Source: a plasmid
Length of the DNA: 64,000 nucleotides
Strand: one strand, 5' to 3'
Sequence record: NZ_CP118944.1
Numbering within the stretch: position 1 is the stretch's first letter; each line of letters begins with the position of its first letter. The position numbers and the translations under genes were made by a program. Positions 28,504-38,330 of this stretch are shown here, piece by piece. A model generated the notes under the pieces. The model saw nothing but the letters and a program-made list of their open reading frames with translations. It made no database searches and had not been told where the DNA came from.

Positions 28504-31500
28504 ACAGCTCACCGTCCTATCGGACGGTGAGCACGAAGCTCTGTACGGATTGCCGGACTTCGACGATGCGCAGCAACTCGACTATCTCTCGCTATCAGAG
28601 ACCGAGCTAGCGCTTGCCATGAGTAGACCGGACATTCCCGCCCAAGTTTATTGCATCTTGCAGATCGGTTACTTCAAGGCGAAGCAGGCATTTTTCCGCT
28701 TTGCGTGGGATGAAGCCGAGGACGACACCGAGTTCGTGCTGAGCCGCTACTTCCAGGGCGAGGCGTACGACCGAAAAAGGATCACTGACCACGAGCATTA
28801 CACTCAGCGCCGGCTCATCGCCGAACTGTTCGGGTATCAACCTTGGTCGCGCGAATTCCTACTCCAGCTTACACAACAGGCCGCGCAGATTGTGCGGCGC
28901 GACATCACGCCGGGTTTCGTTGCTGCCGAATTGATTGTCTGGCTCAACGAGCACAAGGTCGTCCGACCCGGCTACACCACGATCCAGAAACTCATCAGCG
29001 ACGCGCTGGCGGCGGAACGTAGCAGGCTCGGCGGCATGCTTGACCAGGCGCTCGATGACAATGCTCGGGCAGCAATCACACTGTTGATTACGCGCGACGG
29101 CACCCTGTCCGAACTGGCGGTGTTGCGTCAGGACGCCAAGGATTTCCGGTTCAGGCAGATGGCCACCGAGCGGGAGAAACGTGTAAAGCTGCAACAGCTG
29201 TATCGCATCGCCACCGCGCTGTTGCCGAAACTCGGCATCTCGCGGCAGAACCTGCTGCACTACGCGAGCATGGCGACCTTCTATACCATCTATGATTTGC
29301 GCAGATTACGACCCGAACAAACCAACCTCTATTTGCTCTGCTACGCGTGGCTGCGCTACCGCCAGATCACAGATAATCTGGTCGGCGCGCTCGGCTACCA
29401 CATGAAGAAGCTGGAGGACGGGACCAAGGCGGCGGCGAAGAAATCCTTCGATGTAGAGCACTTGCGTCGACAGCAAGAAACGCCCCAGGTCGGCCGCTTG
29501 TTGTCACTCTATGTCGACGACAGCGTGGCAGATCCCACGCCGTTCGGCGAGGTGCGGCTGCGCGCCTATAAGATTAGGTCGCGCGACACGCTGCAAAGCA
29601 CCGCGCAGCGTATGAGCGTGAAGCCCGCCAGCAAGCTGGCCAGGTACTGGCTCAGAGTCGACACTGTTGCAGTTCTCATGCGCAAGCACTTGCGCCCACT
29701 GTTCGTGGCACTCGACTTCGAAAGCATCAAGGAGGAAAGTCAGTGGCTTGCCGCGTTGGCCTGGGCCAAGGGCGTGTTCGCCAAACAGCAGCGGCTATCA
29801 CAGCGGACGCTGACCGAGTGCCCCATCGCCACGCTGCCGCCGCGGTTGAAGCCGTATCTACTGACCTTCGACACCGACGGCAAGCCAACCGGATTGAATG
29901 CCGATCGTTACGAGTTCTGGCTGTACCGACAGATCCGAAAGCGCTTCATGTCCGGCGAAATCTATCTCGACGACAGCCTACAGCACCGCCACCTCTCGGA
30001 CGAATTGGTGTCGCTGGAAGAGAAGGCCGATGTGATCGCGCAGCTCGATATCCCATTCATCCGCCAGCCGATCGAGGCCCAGCTCGATGTGCTGAAAACC
30101 GAGCTGCACGCGCAGTGGATAACGTTTAACCGGGAGTTGAAACAAGGCAAGCTGACCCACCTCGAATACGACAAGGATACGCAGACCCTGACCTGGCACA
30201 AGTCCAAGATCGACAAACAGCCGGCGCGCGAGCAGGCGTTCTATGAGCAGTTGGCATTCTGCGATGTGGCCGACGTGTTCCGTTTCGTCAACGGTCAGTG
30301 CGATTTCCTGTCGGCACTGACGCCCTTGCAACCGCGCTATGCCAAGAAGGTCGCCGACCCGGACAGTCTGATGGCGGTGCTCATCGCCCAGGCCATGAAC
30401 CATGGTAATCAGGTCATGTCCCGTACCAGTGACATTCCATACCACGTGCTGGAGGCGACCTACCAGCAGTACCTGCGCCAGGCGTCTTTACAGGCGGCCA
30501 ACGACCGCATCAGCAACGCCATTGCCGCGCTGCCGATCTTCCCGCATTACTCGTTTGACCTCGATACACTGTACGGCGCAGTCGACGGCCAGAAGTTCGG
30601 TGTAGAGCGGCCGACGGTGAAGGCGCGACATTCGCGTAAATACTTCGGTCGCGGCAAGGGTGTCGTCGCGTACACGATGCTATGCAACCACATCCCGCTC
30701 AACGGTTATCTGATCGGCGCGCACGACTATGAGGGCCACCACGTGTTCGACGTATGGTACCGAAACTCGTCCGATATCATGCCGACTACCATCACGGGCG
30801 ACATGCACAGCATTAACAAAGCCAATTTTGCGATCACCTATTGGTTCAAACTGCGCTTCGAGCCACGCTTCACCGACCTCAACGCTCAGCTAAAGGAGTT
30901 GTATTGCGCCGATGATCTGGCGCTGTACGAGAAATTTCTAATCCGACCAGCCGGGCAAGTCGACCTTGGGCATCTCGTTGACGAGAAGCCGAACATGGAC
31001 CAGATCGCGGCCACGTTAGGCTTGAAGGAGATGACCCAGGGCACGCTGATCCGCAAGCTGTGCACCTACAGCATTATGAACCCGATGCGGCGTGCGATCT
31101 TCGAGTTCGACAAGCTGGTGCGCAGTATCTACACGCTGCGCTACCTGCGTGATCCGCAGCTTGAGCGCAACGTGCATCGCTCACAGAATCGGATCGAGTC
31201 CTACCATCAGTTGCGCTCGGCCATCGCACAGGTCGGCGGCAAGAAGGAACTAACCGGCCGCACCGACATCGAGATCGAAATCAGCAACCAGTGCGCCCGA
31301 CTGATAGCCAACGCCATCATCTATGTACAACTCGGCAATATTGTCGCGGCTGCTGACGAAGTACGAGGCCATAGGCAACACCAAGGCGGTCTCCCTGATC
31401 ACTCAAATATCTCCGACGGCATGGCGGCACATCCTAATGAACGGGCACTACAGGTTCCACAGCGACGGGAAGATGCTCGATCTGGATATCATCGTGGCTG

Positions 31501-31517
31501 AACTCGATCTGGGGTGA
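28487..31517 (+). pseudogene. tnpA: Tn3-family transposase tnpA with an apparent +1 frameshift near 31323; the true C-terminus continues in ORF 31323-31517
   Basis: The track ORF ends in an out-of-frame tail (…NAIIYVQLGNIVAAADEV…). The expected C-terminus …NAIIY|YNSAILSRLLTKYEAIGNTKAVSLITQISPTAWRHILMNGHYRF…DLG* is in the next frame; one extra nucleotide at ATCTAT(G)TACAAC. Confidence 0.7.
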
Positions 31518-31553
31518 CAAAAAAATCTGGGATTTGGGCTTACAACCCCGGAT

Positions 31554-31591
31554 AGGTGACGGAAATTTCTGGGGGTCCGGCTTAGAACCCC
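31554..31591 (-). repeat. Solo Tn3-family 38-bp IR directly abutting the right IR of the cryptic transposon
   Basis: Reverse complement GGGGTTCTAAGCCGGACCCCCAGAAATTTCCGTCACC; same IR family as 7710 and 8774. Confidence 0.5.
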
Positions 31592-31660
31592 AAGATCTAG
31601 GACATTTGGATTTAGATGAAAACCGGTCATTTCAAATAGTTTTTGACATACACCATACAT

Positions 31661-32377
31661 TCATCGCCGGACTAAGAGGTCATTAAACCCGGTAACATAA
31701 TACTTATTGGCTCCCCCTTCGTGATCTGAATCACCACCATCTTGATAGCTGCTTCGCTTAATGTTTGACAGTAAACCTGAGTTCAAAAGGAACGACCCCG
31801 TCTTTCTGATGGCCTTCCTAGGGATCGCAGTTCTCTCTGAAATCAGCTCATATGAAACTTTTGATTCAGAAGTCTCGTTGCCTCTGATGGCTAGCAAATA
31901 CAAGAACAGCTTCAAAGCATATAGCTCAATTAACCCACGTTTATTGAAATGAGAAAATGGTTCGATTTGAACGCTACCATTCACTTTCTTACTGATCGCA
32001 CGGAAGGGCACCTTGCACCACCCTTTGGTGTAGTCGTATCCAGTCAACAGGTAACTAGCACCGCGTCCTTGCGGCTCTCTCTCTATTAGTTGTAATTCAT
32101 CTAATACGCTCAGTGCAGTAGAGATCAGCGGCCTGGACAATCCGGTGAGATTTTGAAGCTCATCATACGTTGGTGATGCACGCAGAAATCGCCCCTTCCC
32201 ATCAACCTCCTCATCTTCTGCACATAACCCAAGTGCTATGTAGAGCATCAAGGCACTAATTTTTGCTCCAACATTACGATGACTACATACCCCACTTCTC
32301 CCACCTTGTAGCTCACACAGTACAGAGCCATCAATGAACCTCGCTGATGGGATTTTCTTCCAATAGATGACCTTCAT
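31661..32377 (-). CDS. Rep-like DNA-binding protein with two winged helices (putative iteron-type replication initiator or regulator), 238 aa
   Basis: Two wHTH-like segments (…LQNLTGLSRPLISTALSVLDELQLIER… and …YELISERTAIPRKAIRKTGSFLLNSGLL…) recalling the Rep_3/HTH_36 WH1-WH2 architecture; iteron-like direct repeats upstream; translationally coupled to the upstream 45-aa peptide. Confidence 0.45.
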   Translation of the reverse strand: MKVIYWKKIPSARFIDGSVLCELQGGRSGVCSHRNVGAKISALMLYIALGLCAEDEEVDGKGRFLRASPTYDELQNLTGLSRPLISTALSVLDELQLIEREPQGRGASYLLTGYDYTKGWCKVPFRAISKKVNGSVQIEPFSHFNKRGLIELYALKLFLYLLAIRGNETSESKVSYELISERTAIPRKAIRKTGSFLLNSGLLSNIKRSSYQDGGDSDHEGGANKYYVTGFNDLLVRR

Positions 32378-32514
32378 TACCCCCCCTTAACTACCAGCAG
32401 GCACACCGCAATAAATCCAACGAGAAGAGCAACAGATAGCAAGACAAGAGCAATCTCGTTGGAGTACGGGGCGAGCTCTTTTAGTCGGTCCAAGATTTTT
32501 ATTACGGTATCCAT
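32377..32514 (-). CDS. 45-aa single-pass membrane peptide (MDTVIKILDRLKELAPYSNEIALVLLSVALLVGFIAVCLLVVKGG), coupled (TAATG overlap) to the winged-helix protein
   Basis: AGGGGG RBS 5 nt upstream; stop overlaps the start of the downstream gene. Too short for the ORF track. Confidence 0.35.
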   Translation of the reverse strand: MDTVIKILDRLKELAPYSNEIALVLLSVALLVGFIAVCLLVVKGG

Positions 32515-32523
32515 ATAACCCCC

Positions 32524-33158
32524 TTTCAGCTTCATTACGCTTATTCTATCGGTCGGTATATCGTCTTTCTAGAAAGGGTTACTTTTTATAACTTATATAA
32601 ACACACAAAAAACAACTATAAAACAATAGCTTAGGATTTATTTTTTTAGTAATTTATAGTCAGAAATTAGTAATTAAAAGCGAATTTACTTGGCTTTTAG
32701 AGGAGGTTTGTTCATGTGAAAAGTCAAATTCAGTTCATGTGTGAGCACTTTTTTCCGTCGAGGTCACTACCCTAACTCGGATCATCACGACCCACTGGAA
32801 AGTGGTACATAGCTTTTGTGTTCCATCGAGTTTTTCTCATGCGAAAAGCAGGACTGGGTAGCTGGCCTCACCATCGAATTTTATTTTTGATTTATCAATA
32901 CTTATTTTTGATTCACTCCCGAACGGGGGCGATTAGCGAAGTCTGTCGCACCTGGCTCGGGAGTCGGCAAGCGTAGCGCGGTAGCTTGCGAAACCCCGCA
33001 CAAGCCAGACCCTGCCGGGCCTCAGCTACCTTCACGTTTTCACCTCCAACCCATACACGTTTTCGCCTGTAGGCATTGCGGTATAAGGTTTGATCACTAG
33101 CAGCGAAAGCTGCGTTGGGTGTGATGCTTTTTTGTAGGAGACGGGACTTTCGGCGCGT
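32524..33158. other. AT-rich region with direct repeats and a GC hairpin: putative origin (oriV and/or oriT) of the captured small-plasmid module
   Basis: 2x CTTATTTTTGATT at 32868-32910, 2x GTTCATGTG, hairpin GCAAGC-N11-GCTTGC, repeated ACGTTTTC(A/G)CCT; lies between a Rep-like gene and a MobV relaxase. Function inferred from position only. Confidence 0.3.
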
Positions 33159-34388
33159 TTAGCGGCTGTACCCTGCCCCTGGTTGTTTTGCCTTGGGCGG
33201 CTTATCCACAATGGGCTGATCGGACAGGGATGCTAGGACGGCGTTGAGCTGTTCCTGGGACTGGCCGGCATGGGCAGGGGAATGTTCCACGATCTCCTTC
33301 ATCCCCCTCCTTGGCGACCAGCCATCCTGCATGATCTGCTTGAAAGCCCGCTGCTCTAGTGCCTTCCAGTCCACCGCCTGCCAGGCATCTGCCACCTGTT
33401 TGATCGCCTCGATGGCGAGCCGGGCGAACGTGGCCACCGGCCCATGCTTGCGAACCAGGTGCGGCAGCGCCGCCACCCGGCGCTCCTGCTCCTGGCGTTT
33501 GGCCGCTTCGGCCCGCATCTCTTCGGCAAAGCGCCGTACCGCCTCTAGTTCTTCCGTGGGCAGTCCTTCGACCAGTGGCCGCAGCACCTGCAGTTCGACT
33601 TCCTTGGCCTGCGCCGTGGCAACAAGCTCCTTGGCGCGCCGCTCGGCCAGATCGGTACGCTTGGCCCGCGCCAGCGCCGGGGCATAGTGCGCCTGGGTTT
33701 CCCTGGACAACCGCAAGGCAACGACTTCAGGAGCCTCCTCGATGCGCGAAAACAGGTTATTTTTCAGCACCCGCGGTGCCAACGCCTGGGCAGGAATCGC
33801 TAGGGGGGCCGGGATCTCCTGCAGCAGGGCGGCATAGTACTGGCGCACGGTGGTGTGCCTGGCCTTGCTGCCCTCGATCCCCCGCTGCAGGCCGTGCCGT
33901 TGGCCGACCTGCTCGGCAAAGTCGGTTTGCATCTGCGACAGCGCCTTGGCCCCGCCCAGGAAATGCCGGCAGTTGAGCTTACCCTGCGGATCGATGGGGA
34001 CCACATAGGCGTACAGGTGCGGAGTGGTTTCATCCCGATGGATGCCGGCATAGATCAGGTTCTCTGCCCCGTGCCGCTCCTTGAGCCACGCCAGCGCATC
34101 GGTAAAGTAGGCATCTTGGTCGCACCGGCTCTTGCTGTTCATGCCATCCGGACTGCCGGTGATCAGGTACTCGATCGCAAGCACCCCGTTCTTCCTGATC
34201 TTCTCCGGTAGCCGGTTCTGGAACGCCTTCATCGCCTCATCTACCGAGTTCGCCCCCAAGTGACTGTTCTCCCCGAGCCGAGTCGGATCGGCGTTGGGGG
34301 TGTCCTGGGCACGGAAGGCATGTTTGAGGGAGCGGCGCACGGCGACAGCGGCTTTGAGCTTTTGCGTGCGGAGGATAGCGAAGGCCAT
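33159..34388 (-). CDS. mob: MobV-family (Mob_Pre) plasmid mobilisation relaxase, 409 aa
   Basis: N-terminus MAFAILRTQKLKAAVAVRRSLKHAFRAQDTPNADPTR…NSHL matches the MobV/Pre relaxase signature (pMV158 type); GGAG RBS. The track ORF has an upstream extension. Confidence 0.85.
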   Translation of the reverse strand: MAFAILRTQKLKAAVAVRRSLKHAFRAQDTPNADPTRLGENSHLGANSVDEAMKAFQNRLPEKIRKNGVLAIEYLITGSPDGMNSKSRCDQDAYFTDALAWLKERHGAENLIYAGIHRDETTPHLYAYVVPIDPQGKLNCRHFLGGAKALSQMQTDFAEQVGQRHGLQRGIEGSKARHTTVRQYYAALLQEIPAPLAIPAQALAPRVLKNNLFSRIEEAPEVVALRLSRETQAHYAPALARAKRTDLAERRAKELVATAQAKEVELQVLRPLVEGLPTEELEAVRRFAEEMRAEAAKRQEQERRVAALPHLVRKHGPVATFARLAIEAIKQVADAWQAVDWKALEQRAFKQIMQDGWSPRRGMKEIVEHSPAHAGQSQEQLNAVLASLSDQPIVDKPPKAKQPGAGYSR

Positions 34389-34594
34389 AGGGGGCTCCAG
34401 GGGGGAAGGTACTACCCCCATCCTAAAGGATGTGGACTCACTACACAATTTTACAGGCTTCGCCCTCCAAATTGTCCGCTCGACCCGCTCTGCGGGCAAA
34501 TCAAAAACAAATAACGAACAATCGTATTTGCTTTTTGATAGCTAACAGCCCACAATCAAAACTCGAATTCGAACCATCAATATAGGATATTGAA

Positions 34595-34837
34595 ATGGAA
34601 GAACTGAAAGCCAAGTGGACGTTCGACCAGGGCGGGTTCGCCAAGGCGATGATCGTGCCGACCCCGATGGGGGCCGGATACCATTTGCACCTGGTGAAGT
34701 TTGGCCGGTTAAATGAGACGCTGGTACTGGAACGCCAGCGCGGAGGCTGGCGCGTGTTCAAAACCATCGATGCCGCTGCGAACACCGCCAACAACATTGG
34801 CTTTCGCCGTATCGAGGTCGATCTGAGCAGCCGCTAA
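34595..34837 (+). CDS. Small conserved hypothetical protein, 80 aa; paralogue of 2198-2446; first gene of a three-gene operon
   Basis: MEELKAKWTFDQGGFAKAMIVPTPMGAGYHLHLVKFGRLNETLVLERQRGGWRVFKTIDAAANTANNIGFRRIEVDLSSR; shares the upstream motif with its paralogue. Confidence 0.55.
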   Translation: MEELKAKWTFDQGGFAKAMIVPTPMGAGYHLHLVKFGRLNETLVLERQRGGWRVFKTIDAAANTANNIGFRRIEVDLSSR

Positions 34838-34851
34838 GCAGGGAGCGCATT

Positions 34852-35061
34852 ATGGACAGAAAACCCCACTACGCTATCCAGGATCACCTGGGCGCCCTCT
34901 GGTTGTTTGTGGACGGCACCCCAACCGCCGATCTGGAAGAGATGCGCCTGATCGATTTCGGCTCCTTCATCAGCGTTGAGGGCGGGCTGATTTACGAGAC
35001 CCTGCCGGCGGAGGAGTGGCGGGACAAGCTGCAAGCGCTAGGACTGGAGGTAGATCGATGA
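34852..35061 (+). CDS. Hypothetical small acidic protein, 69 aa; second gene of the operon
   Basis: 14-bp spacing after gene 1; ATGA overlap with gene 3. Confidence 0.45.
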   Translation: MDRKPHYAIQDHLGALWLFVDGTPTADLEEMRLIDFGSFISVEGGLIYETLPAEEWRDKLQALGLEVDR

Positions 35062-35225
35062 CAGTAAGGCTGTTAACCGAACAGGAACTTGAAGCACTGC
35101 GTACCGACATGCGGGAGGCGTCGGTGTGGATGAAGACAGAACTGACAAAACGACGTGAGTGTGAAGCAGACGAAACCGCGACAATTGCGCATGCGCAAAG
35201 AGCACAAAACCCGCTCCGGGGATAA
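35058..35225 (+). CDS. Hypothetical small protein, 55 aa; third gene of the operon
   Basis: Start ATG overlaps the stop of the preceding gene; ends 61 bp before the Tn5393 IR. Confidence 0.4.
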   Translation: MTVRLLTEQELEALRTDMREASVWMKTELTKRRECEADETATIAHAQRAQNPLRG

Positions 35226-35319
35226 CGGGCCCGCCCACAGGCCAAAAACACGGCCTGATGGACGGCCTACGGTTCGCCCGTTACCCGGGGTCGTTTGCGG
35301 GAGGGGGCGGAATCCTACG

Positions 35320-38205
35320 CTAAGGCTTTGGCCAGCGATATTCTCCGGTGAGATTGATGTGTTCCCATCCGAGCGGCGAAACATGGGCCAAGAGATCGGG
35401 CGATAGCAGCTTTCCATCGCGTTTCTGGTTTGCAACGACCTCGCCGAGCTTCATGGTGTTCCAGAAGATGATGATGGCGGCGAGCAGATTCATGCCGGCG
35501 ATGCGGTAATGCTGGCCTTCGGCGGAACGGTCGCGGATTTCACCGCGGCGGTGGAAGCTGATTGCCCGCTTCAGCGCATGATGAGCTTCGCCTTTGTTGA
35601 GCCCGATCTGGGCACGCCGTTGGAGTTCGGCATCCAGAATCCAGTCGATCATGAACAGGGTGCGCTCGACGCGACCGACTTCCCGCAGGGCTGTCGCGAG
35701 CTCGTTCTGCCGCGGATAGGAGGCGAGTTTCCGCAGAATCTGGCTTGGCGCGACGGTCCCGGCAGCAATGGTGGCGGCGATGCGCAGGATGTCGGGCCAA
35801 TTGCGCTCGATCATGGCTTGGTTGACCTTTCCGCCGATCAACGCTCGCAGGTGCGCCGGGGCGGCCGACGGATTGAACGCGTAGAGCCGTTTGGATGGCA
35901 GGTCGCGGATGCGCGGAGCGAACCGGTAGCCGAGAATGGCACATGCGGCAAAGACGTGATCGGTGAAGCCGCCCGTGTCGGTGAACTGCTCGCGGATATG
36001 GCGTCCAGCATCGTTCATCAGCAGGCCATCGAGGATGTAAGGCGCTTCGCTTGCCGTTGCAGGAATCACCTGGGTTGCGAACGGCGCATATTGGTCGGAG
36101 ACGTGGCTATAGGCTTTCAGGCCCGGGGTATTGCCATATTTCGCGTTGACCAGGTTCATGGCCTCACCTTGCTCTGTAGCGACGAAGAACTGTCCGTCGC
36201 TCGAAGCCGACGTGCCCATGCCCCAGAACCGGGCCATGGGTAACGCTGCCTGTGCCTCGACCACCATGGCCAGCGCCCGGTCATAGGCTTCGCCCTCGAC
36301 ATGCCACCGTCCAATGCGGATCAATTCCCAGAAGGTGTGGGTGTTTGTCGCATCCGCCATTTTGCGCAAGCCGAGGTTGATCCCTTCCGCCAAGATAACG
36401 TTCATTAGCCCGATCCGGTCAGCGCAGGGTGCTCCTGTGCGCAGATGGGTGAACGCTTCGGTGAAGCCGGTCGCCGCATCCACCTCCAGCAGGAGATCGG
36501 TGATGCGCGTGGGCGGGATCTGCTTGTAGAGATCGAGCACCAGATCTTCGGCGCCTGTCGGCGCGGCGGCTTCGAGTTTCTCGATATGCAGAACGCCGTT
36601 TTCAATCGACCCGCCCGGGATCGTGCCTGCGCGAGCGGCACGGCCAAGCTCGCGCAACCGCATGTCGAGGCGAGCTTGCCGGTCTGCCAGCCATTCCTCC
36701 GGCCGCAATGGCACAGCGAGACGACCGCCTTCCGCGATGGATTGTGCCGGAACGAGTGCGTGTTTCAGATCGCCATAGCGCCGGGACCTAGTAAGCCAGA
36801 CATCTCCGGAGCGGAACGCATCGCGCAGATGGAACAGCACCGCGATCTCCCATAGGCGAGCGTCGCCAGCCCTCTGGGCCCGAAGGTGGCGATGCCATTT
36901 CGAGCTGGGCCGCAAGAAGCTGGTCATCGCGGCATCGTTCAAACCGGTACGAAGGGCCGTCACCGCTTCCAGAAGCGGCAGTGCAACGGGCGCAGCTCGC
37001 AGATCGAGCAGGCGCAACATGCGTGGAGCGTATCGGCGGAAGCGGTGATAACCGTCGAGCACATGATTGAGCGGATCGTCGGCCATGGTGGCGGTCAGCC
37101 TGGTTGCCATTGCAACAAGGGTTTTTAAGCCGTCCCACCCTGACCCACTCGCGATGACATCGCCCAGCGGCTGGCCATCATCCTGTGCATCGACCAGGGC
37201 GCCCCCGATCTCGGCGAAGGATTTCAGGGTGTCACGCACCACCCCCGCTTCGTCTGCGACCTTTGCATGGCAAATACGCTCCGAAGCACGGTAGAGACGG
37301 CCGACGATCCGGTCGTGGGTTTCGACCACTGCGTCGGCCAACATCGTCTGCCATTCCGAGACGCAAACAGCCAAGATCGCAAGCCGCCTGTCCTCCGGGA
37401 GATCGCGCATGCCGTCGGCATAATACCGTTCACCCTGCCTGCGCAGACGAGTCACCCGATGGGCAGGAACGCCGGCAAGCAGATCCTCGGGGAGATCGAT
37501 GCGTTGCAGATATTCGAGCCGGTCGAGCAGCCGGTTGGCCGACGAAGAGTTCGAGCCAGGCTCGAACTGGCGCAGCCACACAAAACGGGTCACCCGATCA
37601 TCAGCCGTCTCCTCGAGCAATGCCAGCAACTGTTCTCGGATCGACATAGGCAGCCGACTGGCGATCCTCGTCTCGATGCGTCGCTCGGCATCGACGAGAG
37701 CCGCGGCACAAAGCCGCTCGATCGTGGATGTCGCGGGAAGGACAGTGCGGGTGCGTCGGCACTCGGCTACGAAGCGACGGGCGATATCCTCGTTCGACAC
37801 CGCCATCTCGGCTTCTCGGAACAACCATTCCTTCAGCTCGCTCGCACCACGTCCGGAGAAGGTGCGGAAGCCGTAGAGCCCCCGTAACTCGGCAAGATGC
37901 TCGTGCCGTGTTTCCTCGCGGGCAGCATAGTCTACGAGATCGTCGGCACCCAGGCCAAGCTGCGCTCCGATAAATTCGATGACCTCTGCAGGGATCAGTT
38001 CGCCTGGAGCCAGCACCCGGCCGGGATAGCGCAGGACACACAATTGCAGGGCGAAGCCGAACCTGTTGTGAGCGCGCCGACGCAGCCTGATATGCCCAAG
38101 GTCTTCATCACTCAGCGTATAGTGCTTGAGCAAATCCGTCTGTGAAGTCGGCAAGCGCAACAGCGCGTCTTTCTGCCGATCGGTTAGAGTGACGCGACGC
38201 GGCAT
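35320..38205 (-). CDS. tnpA: Tn5393 transposase TnpA, 961 aa
   Basis: Full-length Tn3-family TnpA; stop lies within the left IR. Confidence 0.95.
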   Translation of the reverse strand: MPRRVTLTDRQKDALLRLPTSQTDLLKHYTLSDEDLGHIRLRRRAHNRFGFALQLCVLRYPGRVLAPGELIPAEVIEFIGAQLGLGADDLVDYAAREETRHEHLAELRGLYGFRTFSGRGASELKEWLFREAEMAVSNEDIARRFVAECRRTRTVLPATSTIERLCAAALVDAERRIETRIASRLPMSIREQLLALLEETADDRVTRFVWLRQFEPGSNSSSANRLLDRLEYLQRIDLPEDLLAGVPAHRVTRLRRQGERYYADGMRDLPEDRRLAILAVCVSEWQTMLADAVVETHDRIVGRLYRASERICHAKVADEAGVVRDTLKSFAEIGGALVDAQDDGQPLGDVIASGSGWDGLKTLVAMATRLTATMADDPLNHVLDGYHRFRRYAPRMLRLLDLRAAPVALPLLEAVTALRTGLNDAAMTSFLRPSSKWHRHLRAQRAGDARLWEIAVLFHLRDAFRSGDVWLTRSRRYGDLKHALVPAQSIAEGGRLAVPLRPEEWLADRQARLDMRLRELGRAARAGTIPGGSIENGVLHIEKLEAAAPTGAEDLVLDLYKQIPPTRITDLLLEVDAATGFTEAFTHLRTGAPCADRIGLMNVILAEGINLGLRKMADATNTHTFWELIRIGRWHVEGEAYDRALAMVVEAQAALPMARFWGMGTSASSDGQFFVATEQGEAMNLVNAKYGNTPGLKAYSHVSDQYAPFATQVIPATASEAPYILDGLLMNDAGRHIREQFTDTGGFTDHVFAACAILGYRFAPRIRDLPSKRLYAFNPSAAPAHLRALIGGKVNQAMIERNWPDILRIAATIAAGTVAPSQILRKLASYPRQNELATALREVGRVERTLFMIDWILDAELQRRAQIGLNKGEAHHALKRAISFHRRGEIRDRSAEGQHYRIAGMNLLAAIIIFWNTMKLGEVVANQKRDGKLLSPDLLAHVSPLGWEHINLTGEYRWPKP

Positions 38206-38330
38206 ACATGTTCCTTTTTCAAAATCTGATAGCGTTCAAGACGCTTTGTTTATGAAGCTGGTTGAGATACATTTCCAGAGGTCAATGCAATCGTGGCCGA
38301 AGCGCCGCCTCAAACCAACGTTTGTGATAC
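38206..38330. promoter_or_regulatory. Tn5393 res site and divergent tnpA/tnpR promoter region
   Basis: Intergenic region between divergent tnpA and tnpR, as in Tn5393. Confidence 0.5.

Larger units (their letters stand above)
27704..31549 (+). mobile_element. Cryptic Tn3-family transposon (tnpR-tnpA only), 3846 bp, bounded by 38/39-bp IRs
   Basis: IR-L GGGGGTGTAAGCCGGAATCCCAGATTTTTCCGTCTGGCC (27704-27741) and IR-R, reverse complement, GGGGTTGTAAGCCCAAATCCCAGATTTTTTTGTCACCCC (31511-31549); co-directional, overlapping tnpR and tnpA. Confidence 0.8.

Noticed and set aside
33244-34211. Plus-strand ORFs opposite mobV (33244-33687, 33575-33976, 33855-34211)
   Set aside because: Antisense to a MobV relaxase with a canonical N-terminal signature; Ala/Arg/Pro-rich artefacts.
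35509-38145. Plus-strand ORFs (35509-36243, 37267-37887 and others) inside Tn5393 tnpA
   Set aside because: Opposite strand of a 961-aa intact Tn5393 TnpA; Arg/Gly/Pro-rich composition typical of GC-rich antisense frames.
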